From Patescibacteria group bacterium (GTDB lineage Bacteria > Patescibacteriota > Minisyncoccia > UBA6257 > HR35), in assembly GCA_023480925.1 (NCBI GenBank), contig JAMCWY010000016.1, forward strand, positions 1 through 32,000: a stretch of DNA of 32,000 bases. The letters are read 5' to 3'. A program made the position numbers and the translations under genes. Positions 9,371 through 17,576 of the stretch are shown piece by piece (the first letter of the stretch is position 1; every line of letters begins with the position of its first letter). Below the pieces are notes generated by a model that was given only the letters and a program-made list of their open reading frames with translations, was not told where the DNA came from and searched no databases.

Positions 9371-9836
9371 TGATATTTAACTCGGTCCCTCGACTTAATT
9401 TGGCCAAGGCGGCCAGAGTGGCCAAAGCGTTGGTAAAATGGTTTTTGGACGAACTAATAATTTTAGCCGTGGCGTTTTCGACGCCGGCCAACTCTAAAAT
9501 TTCTCTCATTGTTCCGCCCGCGATTAAGCCGCGGCCAGCCGCGGCCGGTTTAATCAAAACTTGGCTCGCTTTGACTTTGGCCAAAACTGGCCGGCTGATT
9601 GTTCCGCCAACAATTTCGATTTTAACCGCGTTTTTTTGACCAAGCCGCTTAGCTTTTTCAACCGCCTGGCTTAAATCCGAACCCTTACCCACACCAAAAC
9701 CAACCAAGCCGGACCGATTGCCGATGACGACAAAAGCTCTAATTTTGAATCTTTTGCCGCCGGCGACAACCTTGGTCACTCGCTTAACTTCTAAAACGTG
9801 ATAATCCCAGCTTTCAAATTGACGATTTTGGTTCAT
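9360..9836 (-). CDS. rpsE: 30S ribosomal protein S5
   Basis: VKRVTKVVAGGKRFKIRAFVVIGN and a C-terminal S5 domain; operon position. Confidence 0.93.
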   Translation of the reverse strand: MNQNRQFESWDYHVLEVKRVTKVVAGGKRFKIRAFVVIGNRSGLVGFGVGKGSDLSQAVEKAKRLGQKNAVKIEIVGGTISRPVLAKVKASQVLIKPAAAGRGLIAGGTMREILELAGVENATAKIISSSKNHFTNALATLAALAKLSRGTELNINVN

Positions 9837-9844
9837 GTTTAAAT

Positions 9845-10207
9845 TTAAAATTCCAAACCAGCTTGGCGAGCCGCTTCGGCCAAAGCCTTAATCCGACCGT
9901 GATAACGGAAACCGCCGCGATCAAAAACAACCGTCTTGACATTTTTGGCCAAGGCCGCGGCCGCGATCAGCTCGCCGACTTTTTTTGCCCGTTCAACTTT
10001 AACCAAACCCTTAAACCGCTCGCGATTATTTTGGGTTGAAACCGCGGCCAAGGTCAGACCGAGCTGATCGTCGATCAGTTGGCAGTAAATGTGTTGATTC
10101 GATTTAAAAACAGACAAACGCGGCCGGGCCTTTGATCCAACCACGATCTTTCTGATTCGATTATGTCTTCGGATTCTTTTTTCGGTTTTAAAAACTTTGT
10201 CGCTCAT
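9845..10207 (-). CDS. rplR: 50S ribosomal protein L18
   Basis: RIRRHNRIRKI...PRLSVFKSNQHIYCQLIDD...VFDRGGFRYHGRIKALAEAAR. Confidence 0.93.
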   Translation of the reverse strand: MSDKVFKTEKRIRRHNRIRKIVVGSKARPRLSVFKSNQHIYCQLIDDQLGLTLAAVSTQNNRERFKGLVKVERAKKVGELIAAAALAKNVKTVVFDRGGFRYHGRIKALAEAARQAGLEF

Positions 10208-10209
10208 TT

Positions 10210-10758
10210 TTATTTCGCCACTTTCTTGACCGCCTTTCTCTTAATCACTTCTCCGACATAACGAAAACCTTTTAATTTATACGGATCGGCTTTCCTTAAT
10301 TTTTTTATGACCGCGGCGAACTGACCGACTTTTTCTCGATCAATCCCCTCAACTCTGATTATTTGAAAACCTTTTTGTTGTTTCACCTCAATTTTTAAAC
10401 CGATCGGGGTATTCAACTCGATCGTATGGCTGTAACCAACTTTAAAAATAATTTTATCCGCCTTGATCTCGGCGTTATAACCAAGCCCTTCCAGTATTAA
10501 TTCTTTAGTAAAACCAACCTTGACGCCCTGAATCTTATTATTCAAATTCGCCCGGTTCGTGCCCCAAAGTTGACGGGTGGTCTTGTTTAAAACCGTTGGC
10601 TTGACAATCAACTGATCGCCTTCTTTTAAAACTTCGATCTGGGCCGATGGTTTAAAACTCAGCTGACCCAATGGGCCCTTGATCAGAAACTGGCCGGCTG
10701 ATTGTTCAAACTGAACTTCGGCTGGAATTATAATTGGCCGTTTGCCTATCTTTGACAT
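10210..10758 (-). CDS. rplF: 50S ribosomal protein L6
   Basis: MSKIGKRPIIIP start, two-domain L6 pattern, operon position. Confidence 0.93.
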   Translation of the reverse strand: MSKIGKRPIIIPAEVQFEQSAGQFLIKGPLGQLSFKPSAQIEVLKEGDQLIVKPTVLNKTTRQLWGTNRANLNNKIQGVKVGFTKELILEGLGYNAEIKADKIIFKVGYSHTIELNTPIGLKIEVKQQKGFQIIRVEGIDREKVGQFAAVIKKLRKADPYKLKGFRYVGEVIKRKAVKKVAK

Positions 10759-10766
10759 TTTTAAAT

Positions 10767-11165
10767 TTAAATTATCTCAACGATGACTTCGCCGCCCAAT
10801 TTTTGACGTCTGGCTTCGTTGTCAAAAAGAAGGCCGCGTGAAGTTGAAACAATGACCGAACCGGCCCAACCCGACCGAAGTTCTCGCCAACCGGCGTACC
10901 AACGACGGCTTGGTTTGGAAATTATTTTAATCGTTTCAATCGGCGCCTGTTTGTTTTCAAGATAACTCAGCTCGACGATAATTTTTTTTTGGCCCTCCCC
11001 TCCGGATCGATTTTCAATTTCGATTTTCTTGATCAATTTTTTTTCTTCCAATTTTTTCAAAAGTTCAAACTTCAATTTCGAATGAGGAATGACGACATTT
11101 TTCCGTTTCACCATCCAACCATTTCTTAATTGGCTGAACATATCGCTAATCGGGTCTGAAGACAT
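10767..11165 (-). CDS. rpsH: 30S ribosomal protein S8
   Basis: I take the start at the ATG at 11165 (MSSDPISDMFSQLRNG...), 1 nt after the S14 stop. The 41 extra codons in the ORF track overlap rpsN in another frame and look spurious. Confidence 0.9.
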   Translation of the reverse strand: MSSDPISDMFSQLRNGWMVKRKNVVIPHSKLKFELLKKLEEKKLIKKIEIENRSGGEGQKKIIVELSYLENKQAPIETIKIISKPSRRWYAGWRELRSGWAGSVIVSTSRGLLFDNEARRQKLGGEVIVEII

Positions 11166-11166
11166 T

Positions 11167-11352
11167 TTACCAACTTGCTTTTTTGACTCCGGGAATTTCT
11201 CCAACTTGAGCCAACTCTCTAAAACAAATTCGACATAAATTAAAATCGCCCAAATAACCTCTAGTCCGACCGCAACGAAAACAAACATTTCTCTGCTTGG
11301 TTTTAAATTTGGCTGGTTCTTTCCAGCGGCGAATTTGCGCTTTTGAAGGCAT
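11167..11352 (-). CDS. rpsN: 30S ribosomal protein S14, type Z (zinc form)
   Basis: 61 aa with [10 protein letters not shown]...CRICFRELA (CxxC...CxxC). Confidence 0.93.
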   Translation of the reverse strand: MPSKAQIRRWKEPAKFKTKQRNVCFRCGRTRGYLGDFNLCRICFRELAQVGEIPGVKKASW

Positions 11353-11353
11353 T

Positions 11354-11911
11354 TTAATTTTTTATGGGAAAACCCAAACTCTGCCAGAGTTTAATTTTCT
11401 CTTCTTTGTTCTTACTTTTGCCGATAATGGTTATTTGTAAACCAAAATTCATTCTTATTTTATCAGAAATCGCTTCAGGAAAAATACTGACTTCGCGAAA
11501 ACCAAGGTTAATATTGCCGTCGCGATCGAAATTTTTTTCGGTCAACCCGCGAAAATCGCGAATCCGAGGTAAAACATAAGTGGTCAAACGATCAATTAAA
11601 TCAAAAAGACGCCCCCGACGCAATGTTGCCATTAAAGCGACCGGCTGGCCTTCCCTTAATTTAAAACCGGCGACGGATTTTTTCGCCTTGACCAAAGCGG
11701 GCTTCTGACCGCTAATCTGATTTAAAACGAAACCGGCTTCGGTTAAAATTTTTTCTTTGTTCTCGGCGCTTTGAATCACCATCTTGCCCACGCCGATTTG
11801 TAAAATTGCCCGAACTGGTTTAGGCCCGGCGAAATTGTTTTTCAAACCCAAATCCTTCCTCAATTTCGGCTCGATTTCTTTTTTAAATTTTTCTCGCGCT
11901 GGACTTTCCAT
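11354..11911 (-). CDS. rplE: 50S ribosomal protein L5
   Basis: 185 aa, L5 pattern ([12 protein letters not shown]), operon position. Confidence 0.93.
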   Translation of the reverse strand: MESPAREKFKKEIEPKLRKDLGLKNNFAGPKPVRAILQIGVGKMVIQSAENKEKILTEAGFVLNQISGQKPALVKAKKSVAGFKLREGQPVALMATLRRGRLFDLIDRLTTYVLPRIRDFRGLTEKNFDRDGNINLGFREVSIFPEAISDKIRMNFGLQITIIGKSKNKEEKIKLWQSLGFPIKN

Positions 11912-11922
11912 TTTAAAATTTT

Positions 11923-12234
11923 TTACTTAATCGCCTGATGACATTTTTTGCACAATCGCGTCTTTTTTTTGTCTTGACCGATTTGATAACCAACTCGGGT
12001 GGGCTGACCGCAAGCCGGGCAGACCAATCGAACATTACTTAAACTCATCGGTCGGGGAATATCAATAATCTGACCCTTCTCGCCCTGCCGCCTCGGCCGA
12101 GCGTGTTTTTTCGCCATATTCAAACCTTCAACGACGATCCGATTTTCTTTTGGTATGATTCGAAGAACCTTGCCAGTCTTGCTCCGGCTCTTGCCCTTAT
12201 CGACAAAAACTAAATCGCCTTTTTTTATTTTCAT
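11923..12234 (-). CDS. rplX: 50S ribosomal protein L24 (with a C-terminal CxxC...CxxC)
   Basis: MKIKKGDLVFV...GKSRSKTGKV KOW motif, then VEGLNMAKKH. The C-terminus carries CPACG...CKKC. Confidence 0.92.
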   Translation of the reverse strand: MKIKKGDLVFVDKGKSRSKTGKVLRIIPKENRIVVEGLNMAKKHARPRRQGEKGQIIDIPRPMSLSNVRLVCPACGQPTRVGYQIGQDKKKTRLCKKCHQAIK

Positions 12235-12235
12235 C

Positions 12236-12604
12236 TTAGACTAACTCCTGGGCCAAGTTAACGATTTTTTCAACTCGGTTATTTCTTAATTCCCTTGGGA
12301 TCGGACCGAAAATTCTATTGCCCAAAATTTCTTTGGTTGACTTTAATAAAACCGCGGCGTTTTCTTCAAATCTAACCGAACTGCCATCTTGCCGCCGCCA
12401 AGATCGACGCTGTCTGACCACGAGCGCCTTTACGACCTGACCGGCGCTTACCTGTTTTCGCGGCAAGGCCTTTTTAACCGAACAAACAATAACATCGCCG
12501 ATACCGGCGCCTTCGCGATTACCCAAGCCGACAAAACCGATACATTTTAACTTGACCGCACCGCTGTTGTCGGCGGCGTTTAACCAAGTTCCTCGCTTAA
12601 TCAT
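12236..12604 (-). CDS. rplN: 50S ribosomal protein L14
   Basis: 122 aa, ADNSGA motif, operon position. Confidence 0.94.
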   Translation of the reverse strand: MIKRGTWLNAADNSGAVKLKCIGFVGLGNREGAGIGDVIVCSVKKALPRKQVSAGQVVKALVVRQRRSWRRQDGSSVRFEENAAVLLKSTKEILGNRIFGPIPRELRNNRVEKIVNLAQELV

Positions 12605-12857
12605 TTTTCTCCGGGCTGGCCAAGCTGGTTAAAATTTTAATCACCCGCCAACGTTTTAATTTCGACAGCGGTCTCGTTTCTTCGATCAAAACCGAATCGC
12701 CTACTTTCAAATCAAAATCTTTCGGGTCGGCGTAATATCTGGTCAAACGATGATAAAACTTTCGATAAAGTTTTTCCTGTTTTAAGACCTTATTCACAAC
12801 CACGACCGTCTTTGCCATCTTAGTTGAAACGACTTGACCACTTACTCGTTTTTTCAT
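12597..12857 (-). CDS. rpsQ: 30S ribosomal protein S17
   Basis: GQVVSTKMAKTVVV...RPLSKLKRWRV. Confidence 0.93.
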   Translation of the reverse strand: MKKRVSGQVVSTKMAKTVVVVNKVLKQEKLYRKFYHRLTRYYADPKDFDLKVGDSVLIEETRPLSKLKRWRVIKILTSLASPEKND

Positions 12858-12859
12858 TT

Positions 12860-13072
12860 TTATTTTTCCGACCGGCTTGTTTCTTTCTTAATTAAATTTT
12901 GTCTCAGGGTTAAAACGCGAGCCAAATCTTTTTTTAGCTGCTTCAACCCCTCCGGCTTTTTCAACTGGTTTTGAGCTTTTAAAATTTTCGCCTGGAAAAT
13001 TTTTTCTTTCAACTCCTGCCTCAATTTTACCAACTCAACCTGATTTTTGCCTCTTAAATCTTTTAACTTCAT
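12860..13072 (-). CDS. rpmC: 50S ribosomal protein L29
   Basis: 70 aa, helical, LRGKNQVELVKLRQELKEKIFQ; operon position. Confidence 0.9.
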   Translation of the reverse strand: MKLKDLRGKNQVELVKLRQELKEKIFQAKILKAQNQLKKPEGLKQLKKDLARVLTLRQNLIKKETSRSEK

Positions 13073-13073
13073 T

Positions 13074-13484
13074 TTATTTTAAAACCAACTTGGTTTTAAT
13101 CGGCAATTTATACGAGGCCGCCTTTAATGATCGGAGAGCCAAGTCGTGGTCGCGCGACTCAACCTCAACCACCATCTTGCCCGGTTCGATCACGCTGACG
13201 TAATGGTCGAGATCGCCCTTGCCGCCGCCCATTCGCACTTCCGGCGGTTTTTTGGTAACTGGCTTATGGGGAAAAACTCTTAGCCAAACCCGGCCCTTCT
13301 TGCCCAAAACTCTTTTCATTTCTTTGACAACCGAATCAATTTGCCGATCGGTCAACTGATAAAAATCGAGCGATCTCAACCCGGCTTGACCAAAAGATAA
13401 TTCCGTGCCCTTAGTCGAAAACATCCGCTCCAACGATCGGCCCTTCTGCCACTTTCGGTATTTCATTTTTTTTGGCTGAAGCAT
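13074..13484 (-). CDS. rplP: 50S ribosomal protein L16
   Basis: MLQPKKMKYRKWQKGR...RMGGGKG. Confidence 0.94.
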   Translation of the reverse strand: MLQPKKMKYRKWQKGRSLERMFSTKGTELSFGQAGLRSLDFYQLTDRQIDSVVKEMKRVLGKKGRVWLRVFPHKPVTKKPPEVRMGGGKGDLDHYVSVIEPGKMVVEVESRDHDLALRSLKAASYKLPIKTKLVLK

Positions 13485-13498
13485 TTTAAATTAAAAAT

Positions 13499-14179
13499 TT
13501 ATTCCGAATTTTCTTCGTTCTTAATTTTTTCGCCCTGATAAAGCCAAACCTTAATGCCAACAATGCCGTAGGTGCACTTGGCCCGATCGGTCGCGTACTC
13601 AATCTTCGCCCTCAAGGTGCTCAGCGGCATCTTGCCCCAGCTCAAAACTTCGGTTCGGTGGATTTCTGAACCATTCAAACGACCTGAGATTTGAACTCTG
13701 ATGCCCAAATTTTCCCGCTGTTGCCTCGCTCGTTCAATCAATCTCTTCATCACTCGCCGAACCGACTGCCTTTTCTCAATTTCAAAAGCAGCCTGCTGAG
13801 CCAAAATTTGAGCACAAAGATTTTGTTTTCTCACTTCAAGAATATCGAAATCCAAGGCCGGTTTTGACATCTTTGCTCTTTTAAAAAGCGGTTCGAGCGT
13901 TTTGTTAATCTCGGCCTGAAGCTGTTTTAACTTCTGGCCCTCACGTCCAATCAAAACGCCTGGCTTTGACGTTTTAACGATAACTTTTGAATGTTCCAAA
14001 CTTTTTCTCTCGATCACGATGTCGACCACGCCCGATTTTGGAAACATCGTCCAGATCGTTTTACGAATAAGATAATCCGCCTCAAGCAAAACTTTGAAAC
14101 TTCGTTTAAAAAACCAAGCCGACCGAAAATTTTGGTTCAAACCCAATCTCAAACTAAATGGCGATAATTTATGACTCAT
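13499..14179 (-). CDS. rpsC: 30S ribosomal protein S3
   Basis: I take the start at the ATG at 14179 (MSHKLSPFSLRLG...). It has a KH domain and a C-terminal S3 domain. The upstream 37 codons in the ORF track overlap rplV and look spurious. Confidence 0.9.
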   Translation of the reverse strand: MSHKLSPFSLRLGLNQNFRSAWFFKRSFKVLLEADYLIRKTIWTMFPKSGVVDIVIERKSLEHSKVIVKTSKPGVLIGREGQKLKQLQAEINKTLEPLFKRAKMSKPALDFDILEVRKQNLCAQILAQQAAFEIEKRQSVRRVMKRLIERARQQRENLGIRVQISGRLNGSEIHRTEVLSWGKMPLSTLRAKIEYATDRAKCTYGIVGIKVWLYQGEKIKNEENSE

Positions 14180-14507
14180 CTTTAATTTTATCCAACTCCA
14201 AAAAAACGTGCGTCGTTCTTTTAGTGATCGTGCCAACGTTGCTTCTTGAAGCGGGCCGAAATCTTTTTCGCTTTGGCCCTTCGTTAACAACCAAGGTTTT
14301 AATTTTTAAATTATCTTTTTCGATTTTCTTCTGCTTGGCCGCGGCCAAACCGGACCGCAATAATTTTAAAAGCGGCTCGCTCGCTCTTTTCGGACTAAAT
14401 AAAAGCTGACGTTCGGCCTCGGCCGCGCTCAAACCTCGAATCAAATTACTGACAATCAAAACTTTCTTGGGCGTAATGTTCAATCGGCGCAAATAAACTT
14501 TGATCAT
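14169..14507 (-). CDS. rplV: 50S ribosomal protein L22
   Basis: 112 aa, L22 pattern (PKRASEP..., GPKRKRFRPASRSNVGTITKRTTH), operon position. Confidence 0.92.
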   Translation of the reverse strand: MIKVYLRRLNITPKKVLIVSNLIRGLSAAEAERQLLFSPKRASEPLLKLLRSGLAAAKQKKIEKDNLKIKTLVVNEGPKRKRFRPASRSNVGTITKRTTHVFLELDKIKDES

Positions 14508-14509
14508 TT

Positions 14510-14815
14510 TTAAACTTGCTGTTTCTTTTCTAATTCGCGTTGAAGCTTACCGCCATGCTTAATGAATTTTCTCGTTTGGGCAAACTCGCCCAAGTGATGG
14601 CCCACCATTTCTTCGACAATCTTGACTTTGATAAAAATCTTGCCGTTGTGAACTTCAATCGTCAAGCCAACCATTTCCGGTGTAACACTGGAAGCGCGCG
14701 ACCAGGTTCGAATGACCGCCTTTTCTTTTTCTTTGGCGCTCAAAGATTTAGCCTGCTCAACCCGCTTTAATAAACTTTCTTCAATATAATAACCCTTCTT
14801 TAAACTTCGGCTCAT
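14510..14815 (-). CDS. rpsS: 30S ribosomal protein S19
   Basis: MSRSLKKGYYI...TWSRASSVTPEMVGLTIEVHNGK...GHHLGEFAQTR. Confidence 0.94.
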   Translation of the reverse strand: MSRSLKKGYYIEESLLKRVEQAKSLSAKEKEKAVIRTWSRASSVTPEMVGLTIEVHNGKIFIKVKIVEEMVGHHLGEFAQTRKFIKHGGKLQRELEKKQQV

Positions 14816-14832
14816 TGTTTAATTGATTAAAT

Positions 14833-15669
14833 TTATTTTCGCCGGCGAACGATTAATCGACTCGACGGCTTTTTTCGATGCCTGGTTCGATGGCCAGCCG
14901 TAACCTTGCCCGATCTCGTTTTTAATTTCCTTCGGCCCAAACCCATCTTGCCCTTGCCGCCGCCATAAGGATGGTCTCTCGTATTCATGGCGCTGCCGCG
15001 GACGTGAGGCCGGCGACCAAGCCAGCGATTTCGGCCGGCTTTACCGATTCGAACGTTGCGATGGTCTTGGTTGGAAACCGAACCAATTGTGGCGTAGCAA
15101 TCTTTTGAAACCTTTCTGACCTCAGCCGATGGCATTTTTAAAAGACAATATTTTTCATCAAAACCCATAATGGTTATTTTTGAGCCGGCGCTTCGGCCGA
15201 ATTTACCCTTGCCGGCCGGCGTCATTTCAACCTCGCAAACTTCGGTTCCAGGCAAAATATTTTTTAAGCTTAAGCGGTTGCCCGGCTTCAAACCGGCCGA
15301 CTCGCTCATAATCACTTCATCGTCAACCTTGACTCCGGCTGGAGCGAGATGATAACGACGTTCGCCGTCGCGATAGACAACCAGCATGATAAAAGCGGTT
15401 CGATTGGGGTCGTACTCGATTGACTCGACTCGGCCCGGCACGTTTTTCCGATCCAATCGGGAAAAATCAACGATCCGATAAAGCCGGCGATGGCTTGGCC
15501 CAGAACGAGACCTAACTGTGACCCGGCCCTGATTATTTCTGGCCGGATTTTGTTTAATCGAACGCAAAAGCGGCCGGTATGGTTCAGCCTGATTTAAATC
15601 TTTGCGATAATTAACCCGGATGGAAACAATCTTGCTTTTTCCTCTTGATTTAACCACTTTGATTGACAT
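14833..15669 (-). CDS. rplB: 50S ribosomal protein L2
   Basis: 278 aa with GRNRWLGRRPHVRGSAMNTRDHPYGGG. It is the first gene of the cluster. Confidence 0.95.
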   Translation of the reverse strand: MSIKVVKSRGKSKIVSIRVNYRKDLNQAEPYRPLLRSIKQNPARNNQGRVTVRSRSGPSHRRLYRIVDFSRLDRKNVPGRVESIEYDPNRTAFIMLVVYRDGERRYHLAPAGVKVDDEVIMSESAGLKPGNRLSLKNILPGTEVCEVEMTPAGKGKFGRSAGSKITIMGFDEKYCLLKMPSAEVRKVSKDCYATIGSVSNQDHRNVRIGKAGRNRWLGRRPHVRGSAMNTRDHPYGGGKGKMGLGRRKLKTRSGKVTAGHRTRHRKKPSSRLIVRRRK

Positions 15670-15782
15670 AATTTAACTTCAGCTTAAATAAAAAACTAGC
15701 CGCTCTTAAAAGGCTCTGGTTAAAAACCCTTCCAAAAAAAATCCTATATTAAATCTCGATAAGTTTAACTTGACTAATTATT

Positions 15783-15791
15783 ATTTTAACA
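15783..15791 (-). promoter_or_regulatory. candidate extended -10 promoter (TGTTAAAAT) for the rplB-led ribosomal operon
   Basis: The minus strand reads aaaaatATGTTAAAATaat about 115 nt upstream of the rplB ATG. It has the same core as the other GTTAWAAT sites in the window. Confidence 0.35.
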
Positions 15792-15874
15792 TATTTTTTC
15801 CCAAAGCAAATCCGAATTAACCAAATTAGAAGGTGGTTCCAATAAATAATTAGAATGGTTTTAAGTTAAAAACC

Positions 15875-15882
15875 GTTATAAT
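15875..15882 (+). promoter_or_regulatory. candidate -10 element (GTTATAAT) for the ACP gene
   Basis: ccGTTATAATtt lies 41 nt upstream of the ATG at 15924. A strong AAGGAG Shine-Dalgarno sequence sits at 15912-15917. Confidence 0.4.
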
Positions 15883-15923
15883 TTAATTACTGTTTTGTTC
15901 TCAAAACCAAAAAGGAGAAAAAA

Positions 15924-16184
15924 ATGCCTACCAATATCGAGGGAAGGCTCAAAAAACTTGCGGTCGACGAAATGGCTTGCCGGACCGAGGATCTTGAGCC
16001 AGAGACCGAGTTAATCAGCTTGACTGACTCGCTCGGTCTGGTCGAACTGCTCTACAAGGTCGAGGACGAGTTCGGTATCACCATACCGGACGAAGAGGCT
16101 GAAAGTATTCAGACTTTCAACGACCTGGTTGAGATCGTCGGAAGAAAGCTTTCCAAAACAAAAACGAGGTACCCAGTTGTTTAG
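15924..16184 (+). CDS. acpP: acyl carrier protein-like (phosphopantetheine-attachment DSL motif)
   Basis: 86 aa. LTDSLGLVELLYKVEDEFGITIPDEEAE matches the ACP core (DSLDTVELVMALEEEF..IPDEEAE). Strong RBS. Confidence 0.8.
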   Translation: MPTNIEGRLKKLAVDEMACRTEDLEPETELISLTDSLGLVELLYKVEDEFGITIPDEEAESIQTFNDLVEIVGRKLSKTKTRYPVV

Positions 16185-16214
16185 ATGGTTCTAAATAATC
16201 GGAAAAATATTGGC

Positions 16215-16259
16215 GGCTCGATCAGTTGTAAAAATGGTCGAGCCTTCTTTTTATTTTTT
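16215..16259 (+). terminator. rho-independent terminator after the ACP gene
   Basis: GGCTCGA (16215-16221) pairs with TCGAGCC (16238-16244), followed by TTCTTTTTATTTTTT. Confidence 0.65.
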
Positions 16260-16271
16260 GCCGCTAATTTT

Positions 16272-16280
16272 TGTTATAAT
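16272..16280 (+). promoter_or_regulatory. candidate extended -10 promoter (TGTTATAAT) for gap
   Basis: tttTGTTATAATttt lies 36 nt upstream of the ATG at 16317. Confidence 0.45.
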
Positions 16281-16316
16281 TTTTAAATCAGTCAAAATTA
16301 ATTCTTAAAATTAAAA

Positions 16317-17324
16317 ATGAAAATCGCGATCAACGGTTTTGGCCGAATCGGCCGAATTTTTTTCCGTCAGGCGTTTGAAAAACCCGGAATCGAAATCGTC
16401 GCCATCAACGACCTCTCCCCAATCGAAAATCTCGCCTACCTTTTAAAATACGACACGACCTACCGCCGCTACGAAAAAGATATTTCAATTGAAAATAACC
16501 GCCTTGTCGCCGCCGGCAAAGAAATCAGTGTTTTCAAAGAATCCGATCCAAGCAAATTGCCCTGGCGCGATCTCAATATTGACGTCGTGATCGAGTCAAC
16601 CGGTTTCTTCACGACCACGGCCAAGGCTCAGGCTCATATTCAGGCCGGCGCGAAAAAGGTTATTATCACCGCTCCGGCCAAAGACGAAGTAACGCCGACC
16701 TCGACGCCAAACCTGAATATTCAAGCTCTTTCGGAAAACCAAATTTTTTCCAACGCCTCGTGCACGACCAACGCCACCAATCCCGCTATCGCGATAATGG
16801 CCAAGACGATCGGCGTTAAAAAAGCGATTCTTTCAACCGTCCACGGCTACACCGCCACTCAAGCGCTCGTTGACAGCGTCAGTAAGGGCGAAGATTTTCG
16901 TCGCGGTCGAGGCGGAGCGATGAATATCGTTCCCTCGACCACAGGCGCGGTCGAGGCCACGGTTAAAGTTTTGCCTCAATTCAAAAATAAGTTTGACGGC
17001 GTCTCTTTGCGCGTTCCCACTATGACCGGCTCCTTGGTTGACTTGACTTTTTTGAGCGAACGGCCAACGACGATCGAAGAAGTCAATGAAATTTTCAAAA
17101 CCGAGACAAAAAACCTGGAGTGGCAAGGTATCGTGACAACGACCGAAGACCAAGTTGTCTCAAGCGACATCATCGGCCAAGCTTACGGCGCGATCATTGA
17201 TCTCGGCCTAACCCGAGTCGTCGACAGCGACTTGGTCAAAGTTTTTTCCTGGTACGACAACGAATGGGGTTATTGTTCAACTTTAATCAAACAAATCGAA
17301 AATCTCCAAAACTTAAAATTTTAA
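16317..17324 (+). CDS. gap: glyceraldehyde-3-phosphate dehydrogenase
   Basis: INGFGRIGR Rossmann motif, SNASCTTN active site, WYDNEWGY C-terminal motif. Confidence 0.95.
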   Translation: MKIAINGFGRIGRIFFRQAFEKPGIEIVAINDLSPIENLAYLLKYDTTYRRYEKDISIENNRLVAAGKEISVFKESDPSKLPWRDLNIDVVIESTGFFTTTAKAQAHIQAGAKKVIITAPAKDEVTPTSTPNLNIQALSENQIFSNASCTTNATNPAIAIMAKTIGVKKAILSTVHGYTATQALVDSVSKGEDFRRGRGGAMNIVPSTTGAVEATVKVLPQFKNKFDGVSLRVPTMTGSLVDLTFLSERPTTIEEVNEIFKTETKNLEWQGIVTTTEDQVVSSDIIGQAYGAIIDLGLTRVVDSDLVKVFSWYDNEWGYCSTLIKQIENLQNLKF

Positions 17325-17576
17325 ATCTTGAACGCGGCCTTGTTTCCAGTATTAATATTTTTAACTCGCGCGATTTTTTTCTCAATCGTCGTCTATCCCG
17401 CCGGCGGCGCGGAATCGAAATTTTTTCTTTCGCCCAACCTGCTCTTAGCCAAAGCCTTCCAGATTGGATAAGTTCGTTCGCTTGCCACTGAAATTTGCCT
17501 TCCTTCTTATCAGAAAAAAGAAAAATGTTCACTCAACTTATCGCCAGTCTTTCAGCGATTTCGTTCAGGTAGAATC

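Noticed and set aside
11166-11288. N-terminal 41-codon extension of the S8 ORF
   Set aside because: It overlaps rpsN in another frame, is hydrophobic with no S8 counterpart, and a canonical ATG (11165) directly follows the S14 stop.
14180-14290. N-terminal 37-codon extension of the S3 ORF
   Set aside because: It overlaps the rplV 3' end. S3 homology begins at MSHKLSPFSLRLG (ATG at 14179).
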